DNA of 64,000 nt from Elusimicrobiota bacterium. GTDB lineage: Bacteria > CG03 > SLGR01 > JAFGSA01. Where the stretch lies: positions 1,654-65,653 of the forward strand of contig JAFGSA010000003.1 in NCBI GenBank assembly GCA_016934855.1. Direction: 5' to 3'. Position 1 is the first letter of the stretch, and every line of letters begins with the position of its first letter. Position numbers and translations under genes: made by a program. Under the pieces are notes generated by a model that worked only from the letters and a program-made list of their open reading frames with translations, was not told the origin of the DNA and searched no databases. Below are positions 47,938-57,318 of the stretch, one piece after another.

Positions 47938-48944
47938 ATCTTCCTTCCGAGCACGCCGGCTATCTTGGACGCTTTCTCTACCAGCCTGCTGAACTGGTCG
48001 GGGTAGAGTGTCTGTGCCCCGTCAGAACTCGCTTTCTGGGGGTCCATATGCACTTCTATGAGCAGGCCGTCCGCTCCCGCCGCGACAGCCGCGAGGGCCA
48101 GGGGCTCCACGAGGTCCCTTTTCCCTGCGGGATGAGAGGGGTCTACTACGACGGGCAGATGCGTGAGGCTCTTAAGTACCGGCACCGCGGATATATCAAG
48201 CGTGAATCTCGTATAATCCGAAAAAGTTCGGATACCGCGCTCGCAGAGTATTATATCGTTATTGCCTTCCGCCGCTATATACTCGGCGCTCATGAGGAAT
48301 TCTTTTATGGTATTCGAGAACCCTCTTTTTAAAAGCACGGGCTTGCGGGCTTTCCCGCAGGATTTCAGCAGTTCGAAATTCTGCATGTTCCTGGCCCCGA
48401 TCTGTATTATGTCGGCGTATTTCTCTACGAGCTGCGCCTGTTCGGAGTTCATCGCTTCCGTTATTATCTTGAGCCCGGTCTCTTCGGAAATCTCCCTAAG
48501 TATCTTAAGTCCTTCTTCTCCCAGCCCCTGGAAGGAATAAGGAGATGTCCGGGGTTTGAACGCGCCGCCCCTCAGAACGACAGCACCCGCTTCCTTCACT
48601 GCAGCGGCTATGTTCATGGTAGAACCCAGGTTTTCCACGGAACAGGGACCCGCCATGAGGACTATCCTGTCAGTGCCTATCCTGACCCCGCCCGCATCGA
48701 TTACGGTCTTCTCTTTCCATTTTTTTGATACGAGTTTATACGGTTCCGATATCGGCGTTATAAAATCCACCGAATCGAAAGCTTCGAAGACTTCCCTGGT
48801 CAATATAGCGTTTTCCCCCTTAACCAGGATAAGCGTCTTCTCTTTCCCCTGAGATACTTCTGGAGAGAAACCCAGCTCTTTTACTTTATCTTCTATCTCT
48901 TTTATCTGTTTTTTTGCTATATTCGCTTTTAAAGTAAGGATCAT
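47934..48944 (-). CDS. aroF: DAHP synthase, type I-beta with N-terminal regulatory domain
   Basis: AGPCSVE, RGGAFKPRTSPYSFQGLG, QIGARNMQN, LLKRG, CERGIRTF, DPSH. Confidence 0.96.
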   Translation of the reverse strand: MILTLKANIAKKQIKEIEDKVKELGFSPEVSQGKEKTLILVKGENAILTREVFEAFDSVDFITPISEPYKLVSKKWKEKTVIDAGGVRIGTDRIVLMAGPCSVENLGSTMNIAAAVKEAGAVVLRGGAFKPRTSPYSFQGLGEEGLKILREISEETGLKIITEAMNSEQAQLVEKYADIIQIGARNMQNFELLKSCGKARKPVLLKRGFSNTIKEFLMSAEYIAAEGNNDIILCERGIRTFSDYTRFTLDISAVPVLKSLTHLPVVVDPSHPAGKRDLVEPLALAAVAAGADGLLIEVHMDPQKASSDGAQTLYPDQFSRLVEKASKIAGVLGRKI

Positions 48945-50089
48945 ATCTTCTCCTTTCTGTTATAAAAGCTGTTTATATGTCCTACCAGCTTCTCGTTATG
49001 TTCCCTTTTGCCCACAGTAATCCTTATATAATCGTCCAGGCTGTATCCCGCAAGCGACCTTAGTATGATACCCCTTGAAAGAAGATACTCGCAAAGCCCG
49101 CCGACTTTATCCCGGCCGAACTTTACGAGTATGAAATTCGCCTGGCTCCTCACATACTCGAGTCCCAGCTTATCCATCTGCGCGTACAGATACTGTTTTT
49201 CCTTTTCTGTCTCTTTTTTTACCATGTTTACGAAATCCGAGTCCCTGAGAACGGCAAGGGCCGCAGCCTGCGCAAGACGGTTCGTGTTGAAAGGAGGTCT
49301 TATCCTGTTAATCAGAGATATGACCCCGGGAAGGCTGACCGCATATCCTATCCGGAGTCCCGCCAGCCCGTATATCTTGGAAAAAGTCCTGAGCACCATC
49401 ACCGGAACTTCCTGGTTCATAAAAACCACAGAGGATGAATAATCCGGCGCAGATGCATAATCGAAATACGCTTCGTCTATGACAACCAGCGGATAATGGC
49501 CCTGGGATTCGAGTTTTTTCAGAAAACGCTCGATCTCAGGAGCAGGACTATAACTTCCCACGGGGTTGCAGGGATTATCAATATAGATTATCTTCGTTTT
49601 ACCGTCCGCGCCGGAGGCAATGCCTTCCAGGTCTATCTTCAGCTCCCTCATCGGCACCTCGATTATACCCGCCCCCATAAGCTGTCCCGCCATTTTATAC
49701 CTTATAAAGGAGTTCTCCGACACGACGATATTATCATCCTGCGACAGGAAAGTCTTCGCAACCAGCTCTATTATCTCGTCTGTCCCGTTTCCTGCCATTA
49801 CGCATTCTTCCGATACGCCGGCGCCTTTCGCGAGTTCACTTATAAGCGCCGCCGGTTCCGACTCGGGATATACGTGAAGATTCCCGAGCTCTTTTTTCAG
49901 CGCTTCAGCCGCGCTGGCCGACGTGCCCCAGAGATTCTCGTTGGAAGCCAGTTTGGTTACATCATTCAGGGAGTATTTTTTCCTTACGCTCTCGATGCTC
50001 ATGCCCGGGACATATGGGCTGAAACCGTTTACCTGACTTCGGGGTTTTATGTTTTTTCTTTTTCTATCCAATTTACTCGGTTCTGTCAA
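48941..50089 (-). CDS. hisC: Histidinol-phosphate/aromatic aminotransferase
   Basis: KLASNEN, GNGTDE, NPCNPVG, DEAY, RTFSKIYGLAGLRIGY. Confidence 0.93.
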   Translation of the reverse strand: MTEPSKLDRKRKNIKPRSQVNGFSPYVPGMSIESVRKKYSLNDVTKLASNENLWGTSASAAEALKKELGNLHVYPESEPAALISELAKGAGVSEECVMAGNGTDEIIELVAKTFLSQDDNIVVSENSFIRYKMAGQLMGAGIIEVPMRELKIDLEGIASGADGKTKIIYIDNPCNPVGSYSPAPEIERFLKKLESQGHYPLVVIDEAYFDYASAPDYSSSVVFMNQEVPVMVLRTFSKIYGLAGLRIGYAVSLPGVISLINRIRPPFNTNRLAQAAALAVLRDSDFVNMVKKETEKEKQYLYAQMDKLGLEYVRSQANFILVKFGRDKVGGLCEYLLSRGIILRSLAGYSLDDYIRITVGKREHNEKLVGHINSFYNRKEKI

Positions 50090-51161
50090 ATAACTTTTTT
50101 GCGGCAGGGTAGGATCCCAGCACCTTCACGAACAGGCAGTTTTTGCCGAGATCGCTGAGCGCGGCTTTGACTTTGTCATCTTTTACGTGTCCCAGGAAAT
50201 CTACGAAGAACACATATTCCCAGGCCTTTATCTTCGAAGGTCTTGATTCGATCTTCGTCAGATTTACGGAATGTCTCTTGAACGGCACGAGCATGTCATG
50301 AAGAGCTCCCACCCTGTCTTTGACCGAGAACATAACGGTGGTCTTATCTGTGCCTGAAGGCTTGGATACGTCGTTCCCTATCACGAGGAACCTCGTGATG
50401 TTCTCCGCTATGTCCTCTATCCTCTTCTCCAGCACGTTCAGTCCGTACAGTTTCGAAGCCATGATCGACGCTATCGCCGCCGTGTTCTTTTCTTTCGCCG
50501 ACGTTTCGCAGGCCTGCGTTGTAGACGGCACCTCTATGCAGTCCGCGCGCGGGAGATGTTCCTCTATCCACATCCTGCACTGCGCCAGCGCCTGCGGATG
50601 GGAATAAATCTTCCTGATCCCCGCCATGCTCTTTCCCTTGGAAAGCAGGTTATGTGATATCTCCATCTGCAGTTCCGCGCATATCCTGCACTCCGAATCG
50701 AAAAACATGTCCAGAGTGTGAGTGACTATGCCTTCATTGGAATTTTCTATCGGAACTACTCCGTAATCAACTCTTTTCTTCTCCACGTCCCTGAAGACCT
50801 GGGTTATATTGGACGCAGGCACATACGTGCAGTCATTGGAAAACTGCCTTGCCGCCGCCAGGTGCGTATACGTGCCCTCGGGACCGAGAAAACTTATGGT
50901 CAGTTTTTTCTGGATAGACCTGGAGGCCGCGAATATCTCGCTGAAAATATTTATTTTAGCACTCGCGGGAAAGACCTCTTTCTTCCCCCTGGAGAGCCCC
51001 GCTATCCTGTCAAGGATCATTTTTTCCCTCTCGGGCGCGTAAACCGGCTGCGCACCCTTCTTCTTTTCCTTCCCTATCTGCTTGACCAGCCTGGCCCTGT
51101 CATCGAGCAGACTGTTTATCTGGACATCTATCCTGTCAATCGCTTTCCGTTTTTCCTTCAT
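50073..51161 (-). CDS. pheA: Chorismate mutase/prephenate dehydratase
   Basis: N-terminal chorismate mutase domain; LGPEGTYT, VPIENSNEG, SHPQALAQC, NITRF, LTKIESRP. Confidence 0.96.
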   Translation of the reverse strand: MKEKRKAIDRIDVQINSLLDDRARLVKQIGKEKKKGAQPVYAPEREKMILDRIAGLSRGKKEVFPASAKINIFSEIFAASRSIQKKLTISFLGPEGTYTHLAAARQFSNDCTYVPASNITQVFRDVEKKRVDYGVVPIENSNEGIVTHTLDMFFDSECRICAELQMEISHNLLSKGKSMAGIRKIYSHPQALAQCRMWIEEHLPRADCIEVPSTTQACETSAKEKNTAAIASIMASKLYGLNVLEKRIEDIAENITRFLVIGNDVSKPSGTDKTTVMFSVKDRVGALHDMLVPFKRHSVNLTKIESRPSKIKAWEYVFFVDFLGHVKDDKVKAALSDLGKNCLFVKVLGSYPAAKKLFDRTE

Positions 51162-51705
51162 CTTTAAGTTCCTCGATATTTTCTTCTATTCCCAGTTCCT
51201 CCAGCGGAGGCAGGTCGGATATGGAATCCAGCCCGAAATATTCCAGAAACCTGTCGGTGGTTTTGTACAGTATGGGCCTTCCTACGGCCTGTTTCCTTCC
51301 CGCTATCTTTATGAGCTTTTTCTCGAATAACCCCCTGAGCACCCCTGAACCAGATACGCCCCTGATCGCCTCTATCTCCTGAGCCGTTACAGGCTGCCTG
51401 TACGCAACTATTGCCAGCGTTTCCAGGGACGCGGCCGACAGCTTATAGGTTGTCTCTCTCGAAAAAAGCAGCTTTACCCATTTGCCGTATTCTTTTTTAG
51501 TCGCGAATCTCCATCCGCCTGCTACCTTCTGTATGAATATGGGCTTATTCTGGCCCGAATATTCCTTCGAGAGTTCCTCGATGCAGTCGGCGACTTCCTT
51601 TTCCTTGACGTTTCCCAGCACCTCTGACAGCTTCCTGGAGGTCACCGGTTTCGATGATACGAATAATAAGCACTCTACTATGTTTTTTATCTCCGTTTTA
51701 TTCAC
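51136..51705 (-). CDS. scpB: SMC-Scp complex subunit ScpB
   Basis: VECLLF, LETLAIVAYRQPVT..IEAIRGV, GRPILY.TT..FLEYFGL..LP. Confidence 0.96.
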   Translation of the reverse strand: MNKTEIKNIVECLLFVSSKPVTSRKLSEVLGNVKEKEVADCIEELSKEYSGQNKPIFIQKVAGGWRFATKKEYGKWVKLLFSRETTYKLSAASLETLAIVAYRQPVTAQEIEAIRGVSGSGVLRGLFEKKLIKIAGRKQAVGRPILYKTTDRFLEYFGLDSISDLPPLEELGIEENIEELKDEGKTESD

Positions 51706-52435
51706 TGTATGCCTCTAAATAAATTTCTCCGAATCTCTCTTCCTGCTTGACTTTTATCTGCTTGGACCTCACAAGCTCCAGTATGGCAAGTATAGTCACT
51801 ATTATCTCCAGAATGGACGAATTCTCCTGAACGAGCTCTCCCAATACGATATTCTTCCTGTCTTCGATATAATCCATGATAAACCTTATCTTATCATCGA
51901 CAGTCAGTTCTTCCGTTATTATATCCTTGACGTCTTTCCTCGCCTTCTCTATCAGGCTCTGGAAAGAGTCGATGAGATCGAACAAGGTGACATCCACCGT
52001 TTCCCCGAATTCCTTGAGCGGGTACTGCTGTATGGGCAGTATGCCGTCGCAAATTTTTTCCCGTTCGGAAAGAATCCCCGCCGATTCCTTGTATTTCCTG
52101 TACTCGAGCAGTCTCTCCACCAGATTCTGCTTTAGTTCTTCGGCATCCTGCTGGTCTTCTTCCGACAGCTCGTCGCTGGGCAGCAGCATCTTGGATTTTA
52201 TGTTCATCAGTATGGATGCCATGACCAGGAAATCGCCTACATTGTCAAGATGAAACTGCCTGATTATATCGAGGTATTTCAGGTATTCAGAGGTTATCTC
52301 GGCAATAGGGATATCGTAAATATCCATGTTGTTCTTCCTGATCAGGTGGAGGAGCAGATCGAGCGGACCTTCGAAAGTATCTATCTGCACCCGCCATGCG
52401 TCCTTGTTCCTGTTAAAGAAGACAGAATCAGCCAA
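51698..52435 (-). CDS. scpA: Kleisin ScpA
   Basis: FEGPLDLLLHLI, DIYDIPI, FLVMAS..KSKMLLP, LAILEL..Q..FGEI. Confidence 0.96.
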   Translation of the reverse strand: MADSVFFNRNKDAWRVQIDTFEGPLDLLLHLIRKNNMDIYDIPIAEITSEYLKYLDIIRQFHLDNVGDFLVMASILMNIKSKMLLPSDELSEEDQQDAEELKQNLVERLLEYRKYKESAGILSEREKICDGILPIQQYPLKEFGETVDVTLFDLIDSFQSLIEKARKDVKDIITEELTVDDKIRFIMDYIEDRKNIVLGELVQENSSILEIIVTILAILELVRSKQIKVKQEERFGEIYLEAYSE

Positions 52436-53414
52436 AGCTCATCGCCTCCCTGAATTTTTTCAGATTCGCTGCCGCTGCTTCACGGGCCTTGCGGTTCCCT
52501 TCTCCGAGAATCCGGTCTACTTCCCCGGGGTTATCCCTGTAGTGTCTGTATTTTTCCCTGACAGGCGCTATCAGCGCCTCGAGATCTTCGAGAAGCCCTT
52601 TTTTGCACTCCACGCATCCCATACTGCCGCCCCTGCATCTTTTTTCGACAGATGCGGGGTCCGCCGAGAATATCTTCCTGTACTCGTATACTGTGCAGAC
52701 TTCGGGATGGCCCTTATCGTCCGGGTGTATCCTTTCAGGATCGGTTATCATCATGCTGACCTTTTTTTTCAGATCGGCGGACTCTTCGGTTATTAGAATC
52801 GTGTTATTATAACTCTTTGACATCTTCCTTCCGTCTGTGCCGTTGAGTTTCTGTACTTCGGTCAGTATCTCGTCAGGTTCCACCATGACATCGCTGGAAT
52901 ACAGGTGGTTGAAACGCCTGACTATCTCCCTTGTAAGCTCCAGGTGAGGCAGCTGGTCCTTTCCTACCGGCACCTTGTCGGCCCTGTAGAGAGCTATATC
53001 CGCCGCCTGCAGCGACGGGTACCCGAGAAAGGCATAGTTCCTGAGGTCCTTGTCCTGGACATTCTGGAGAGCCTCTTTGTAAGTCGGGCATCTCTCAAGC
53101 CACCCGAGCGGGGTTATTGTCGCAAAAATGAAGAAAAGTTCCAGATGCTCTGATACGTCCGACTGCCTGAACATGACGCATTTGTCCGGATCCAGCCCTA
53201 CGGCGAGCCATACGCAGACCATGTCCCTGCACAGCTCGGTTACGCTGCCCGGATTGTCGAAATCGCTCATGAGAGCATGCCAGTCTGCGATCTCGTAATA
53301 ACACATGTATTCATCCTGCAGCCTGACCCAGTTCTTAAGGGCGCCCAGGTAGTTCCCCAGATGCAGCCGGCCCGTCGGTCTCATGCCGCTGAGTATTACG
53401 CTTTTCTTTTTCAT
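52428..53414 (-). CDS. trpS: Tryptophanyl-tRNA synthetase
   Basis: SGMRPTGRLHLGNY, YPSLQAADI, VPVGKDQ, KMSKS. Confidence 0.97.
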   Translation of the reverse strand: MKKKSVILSGMRPTGRLHLGNYLGALKNWVRLQDEYMCYYEIADWHALMSDFDNPGSVTELCRDMVCVWLAVGLDPDKCVMFRQSDVSEHLELFFIFATITPLGWLERCPTYKEALQNVQDKDLRNYAFLGYPSLQAADIALYRADKVPVGKDQLPHLELTREIVRRFNHLYSSDVMVEPDEILTEVQKLNGTDGRKMSKSYNNTILITEESADLKKKVSMMITDPERIHPDDKGHPEVCTVYEYRKIFSADPASVEKRCRGGSMGCVECKKGLLEDLEALIAPVREKYRHYRDNPGEVDRILGEGNRKAREAAAANLKKFREAMSFG

Positions 53415-54091
53415 ATGGGAAGACCCGTAAAAAGCATCCTGTAGAATATGTTGCCGAACCTTATTATCAAACCCCATATCACGCTCAGCATCAGGATCAG
53501 TATAAAAAATCCATAGGGCGCCAGCCTGTCGTACCTGCGGGACAGATCTTCCGGCAGAAGCGCGCTGACTATCCTTGAACCGTCCATGGGCGGTATAGGG
53601 ACGAGGTTAAAAAGGCCCAGGACGATATTCACCGCAACACCCGCAGCACAGACGGAGGTAAAAAGAAACCCTCCGCTGCCGCCCGGAACTCCCGCGAGGT
53701 TCAGAAGCCATACCAGAAGGGCGAAGATCACAGCCAGGGTGAAGTTGGTCAAGGGCCCGGAAACGCCTACTTTCATGGTATCCATCCTGATATCCCTGAA
53801 ATTATTGGGATTGACCGGCACCGGTTTCGCCCATCCTATCACTACACCTCCCAGCAGATACATCATCACGGGGACTATTATCGTGCCGAATATATCGATA
53901 TGTACCAGCGGGTTGAGGGTGATACGACCTGCCGCGCGGGCAGTGTCGTCGCCGCACCTTTCAGCTATTACGCCGTGGGCCACTTCATGTACTACCACGG
54001 AGAAAAAAAAGATCACCGCAACCACCGGCCACATGTTCCCTATGAACGTGAACGGGGCGTAAATGTGCTTATATAACATATAACTGTTCAT
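53411..54091 (-). CDS. Site-2 protease family (M50) membrane metalloprotease
   Basis: HEVAH, GRITLNP, GWAKPVPVNP, FNLVPIPPMDG. Confidence 0.94.
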   Translation of the reverse strand: MNSYMLYKHIYAPFTFIGNMWPVVAVIFFFSVVVHEVAHGVIAERCGDDTARAAGRITLNPLVHIDIFGTIIVPVMMYLLGGVVIGWAKPVPVNPNNFRDIRMDTMKVGVSGPLTNFTLAVIFALLVWLLNLAGVPGGSGGFLFTSVCAAGVAVNIVLGLFNLVPIPPMDGSRIVSALLPEDLSRRYDRLAPYGFFILILMLSVIWGLIIRFGNIFYRMLFTGLPI

Positions 54092-54172
54092 CGCAGGTAT
54101 TCTTCCTGTAACGGTACGCCAATTAATACAATTTACTGATTTTTAAATAATTGTCAATGAGTATTAATAATA

Positions 54173-56752
54173 TTATTTTTTATAATTATTTAGAACAAAT
54201 TCTTCTTCGGCAGCCCTGTCCGGCAGCTTCCCGTTGATCTTCGCCATCTTCAGGGCAAAGAGTATCCTTGTGAATACGGCCGAAGGTTTGTAACCCATCC
54301 TTATAAGATCCCCGCCGCCCGTCTCTGTCGTGACCCCGGAGATATCTTCCAGGTAATCGATGATCTTATCTGCCACTGTCTTCCTTCCGGAACCGGACAT
54401 AATGTACAGAAGGGTCTCCGGCCTAAGATTGTGCAGCGCCTTGAATATCCTGGACCTGCTTATATTGTTCTCAAGAAGCCGTGTTATCCTCAGGGTATAT
54501 TTCTTGGCGTTGACAAAACAGGATATGGCCCTGCCTGAAAAATGAAATTCCTTCATCACTCCGACTCCCTCGTCCTTTCCGAGGCCGGAGAACAGCATGA
54601 GCATCAGCACTTCGCGCCTTTTCCCGGCACATAGCGCGCGCACCCGGCCAGGCAGGGCTTCCGTACCGTCTGCAAATCTTGCCATGCATCCGTATACGGA
54701 TTCGCTGATTGTAAGATCAGGATGTATGCAGCCCAGAACACCCAGACGGTCCAGCCGCCTGAGGATATCGTGCGGGTTATCCTCTTCGAATATGCGCAGT
54801 ATCTCCTCCCTGACCCTCTCGTTAGTCAGCTGTGCATGTATCTTCATGCTGACGGTCTTCTTGAGCTGCCGCAGGGTCTCCCGGGAGATAGCGAATCCGA
54901 ATCTTTTCTCGAACCGGACGGCGCGGAATATCCTGGTGGGATCTTCGATAAAACTGAGAGGATAGAGTATCCTTATCACTCCCCTCTTCAGGTCTTCCTC
55001 CCCGCCCAGATAATCGACGAGCATGCCTTTCTCCCGCTGCGGATTAAGCCTTATCGCCATGGCATTTATGCTGAAATCCCTTCTGTAAAGATCCTGCAGC
55101 AGCGTTCCCTCATCAACCGTAGGAAGAGCGGCAGGAAACTCATAGTATTCCTTCCTCAATGTTGCTATATCGATCTCCCTTCCCCTGCATTTGATTATGG
55201 CTGTTTTGAACTTGTAATAACAGTTCAGGCGGCCTCCGAGCAGCGATGACAGCCTTCTCGCGAATTCTATGCCCTTTCTTTCGATGACGATATCTATATC
55301 CCTGTGCCTTATACCCATCATTATATCCCTTACCATGCCTCCCACGCAGTATGCCCTGGTCCCCATATCGTCCGCCAGCCCGGCGCACACCTCTATTATT
55401 TCCATCACCTCTCCGTCAAGGTAAGCCGACATCCTGCCCTGAACACTCTCACGTTCTACGGATATAATACCGCTTCTGAACTCCTCCTGACCTCTTTTTT
55501 TCTCGAGCATGCCGGATATTTCGCCTTTTTCTTTAAAAAGCACCAGCGGGCTGCCGGCAAATTCCCCCGGGATACCGGACTTCAAGATATCCGCTTCTGC
55601 GACTGGTATCCTCGTATCCATGAACTCCGTCACCCGGTGTTTCGAGAGCCCGTGCCTTATTGCCTTATCAAGCTCTTCCCGTGTCACGATGCCGCATATG
55701 TTCCCCCTGCTGTCTCCTACAGGCGCCGAAGCTATATCCAGGTGGCGCAATGTCTGGGACACCTTCCGCGCCGTATGGAATTTTGGTATTACTATCAGGG
55801 GTTTTACCGGAAAAGAACGCACGCTGCCCGCTCCTGCATATCTTCTTTCAAGCTCTGCGCGGATTTTTTCGACCAGTTCTTCTGAAGAATACCCCTCCCC
55901 TTCGAAACTCGCGCTTGCAGCGGTCGGATGACCCCCGCCGCCCATGCCGGACAGGATGCTGCCGACATCTATTTTTTTCGTCCTGGACCTTGATATGCAC
56001 AGTATTGCGGATTTTATCCTGATAAGCACGAAGATGGCGTCCGGGACGTATTTGTCCATCATGCTGTGGACGACCACGGAGAGTTCTTCTATATAATCCC
56101 CGATCTGCGCAGCGGCCAGCATCACCTTGAGCCCGCCGAGTTCGAGCGTATCCGAGTTTTTTGCCAGCTCCCTCTCCAGTCTTTCCTGTTCTGCCGATAA
56201 CTCATGCACCAGGTATTTCCCCACTGTATCCATATCGGCTCCTATCTCTTTCAAGTATTCCAGCGCATCCCGGTCCGCCTGAGCAGTCAGGGGATATTTA
56301 AGACTGCCGGTGTCTTCGCAAATCCCGGCCGCCAGCAGCGTGGCCTCCGGGGGTTTCAGTTCTATTTTCTTCCTTTTTATGATCTCAACAAGTATTGTCG
56401 TAGTTGCTCCGTACCTGCGCATCATATCGACCTTTCCTGCCATATCCCTGTCCGTGCGCGGGTGATGGTCGTAAATATGCAATACCGTCGCGGGGGTTAT
56501 CAGCCCCGCTATCCTGCCGAGCCTGTTATTATATCTCGTATCTACGACAACAAGAAGATCTATCCGGGCTTTTCTTATTTCACCGAAACCCGCCAGTTTT
56601 CCGGGGAATCCTTCTTCTTCGAGATATTTTCTGACCTTTTTCTCTGGAGAGCCCGGGATAAAGAGCAGAGCGTCCGGATAGAGTTTTGACGCAGCCAGGA
56701 GGGATGACAGGGCATCGAAATCGGCGCCCGTATGCGTTGTGATTACTTTCAA
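54173..56752 (-). CDS. tRNA nucleotidyltransferase with DHH/DHHA1 and CBS domains (A-adding or CCA-adding)
   Basis: HTGADFD, YDHH, GGGGHPTAAS; VGGMVRD..DIDIV, DLYRRDFSINA, EDPTRIFRAVRF. Confidence 0.92.
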   Translation of the reverse strand: MKVITTHTGADFDALSSLLAASKLYPDALLFIPGSPEKKVRKYLEEEGFPGKLAGFGEIRKARIDLLVVVDTRYNNRLGRIAGLITPATVLHIYDHHPRTDRDMAGKVDMMRRYGATTTILVEIIKRKKIELKPPEATLLAAGICEDTGSLKYPLTAQADRDALEYLKEIGADMDTVGKYLVHELSAEQERLERELAKNSDTLELGGLKVMLAAAQIGDYIEELSVVVHSMMDKYVPDAIFVLIRIKSAILCISRSRTKKIDVGSILSGMGGGGHPTAASASFEGEGYSSEELVEKIRAELERRYAGAGSVRSFPVKPLIVIPKFHTARKVSQTLRHLDIASAPVGDSRGNICGIVTREELDKAIRHGLSKHRVTEFMDTRIPVAEADILKSGIPGEFAGSPLVLFKEKGEISGMLEKKRGQEEFRSGIISVERESVQGRMSAYLDGEVMEIIEVCAGLADDMGTRAYCVGGMVRDIMMGIRHRDIDIVIERKGIEFARRLSSLLGGRLNCYYKFKTAIIKCRGREIDIATLRKEYYEFPAALPTVDEGTLLQDLYRRDFSINAMAIRLNPQREKGMLVDYLGGEEDLKRGVIRILYPLSFIEDPTRIFRAVRFEKRFGFAISRETLRQLKKTVSMKIHAQLTNERVREEILRIFEEDNPHDILRRLDRLGVLGCIHPDLTISESVYGCMARFADGTEALPGRVRALCAGKRREVLMLMLFSGLGKDEGVGVMKEFHFSGRAISCFVNAKKYTLRITRLLENNISRSRIFKALHNLRPETLLYIMSGSGRKTVADKIIDYLEDISGVTTETGGGDLIRMGYKPSAVFTRILFALKMAKINGKLPDRAAEEEFVLNNYKK

Positions 56753-57318
56753 GGCTTTCCGTTTCTTATCTGGCCCATATAGATATTCCTGATGCCCTTG
56801 AGGATATCATGATATTCGGCTGTCCTGTAATCCGGAAAAGTCCATTCGAGGATCCTGAATCCACCGTCTCTGAAAATGAGGGTTATTTCTCCGAAGATGC
56901 CTTTACCCAGATATATCCTGTGCGAGAAATTCTTTGTAGAAGCCAGGACTACTTTTGAGGGAGCGATATATCCCGGGTCTATATTTATCCTCCTTCTGCC
57001 GTCTTTGCCAGCGAACTTCTTTTCCAGGCGATTCGTGAATATTTTAATATCCCGGATGTCCTTCGGCCCTACCAGTTCTCTGAAACTTATGAATTTTCTT
57101 TCCAGCGGCCGGCCCATCTCATTATAATAGTATTGCGTGTAGTCAAACTTGAGAATCCCGCTCGAGTAGTCTATTCCGGAGAATCTTTTTGATAGGAGCT
57201 TTTCGGCCGCAGCCGTATCGGTGCCCGGAGAGACTATCATGCCCATAAAGAGCTTAACCCCGTTTAACAGCTCGTCATCTCCGAACTTCCCGTTTTTTCG
57301 GCCGGAGCGCTGTCTCAC
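56749..57318 (-). CDS. DUF4416 family protein
   Basis: FDYTQYYYNEMG, RRINIDPGY, LASTKNFSHRIYL, WTFPDY. Confidence 0.85.
   Translation of the reverse strand: MRQRSGRKNGKFGDDELLNGVKLFMGMIVSPGTDTAAAEKLLSKRFSGIDYSSGILKFDYTQYYYNEMGRPLERKFISFRELVGPKDIRDIKIFTNRLEKKFAGKDGRRRINIDPGYIAPSKVVLASTKNFSHRIYLGKGIFGEITLIFRDGGFRILEWTFPDYRTAEYHDILKGIRNIYMGQIRNGKP

Noticed and set aside
41894..54091. rpsA through aro, scpAB and trpS block as a novel system
   Set aside because: Ordinary, widely conserved housekeeping gene order.
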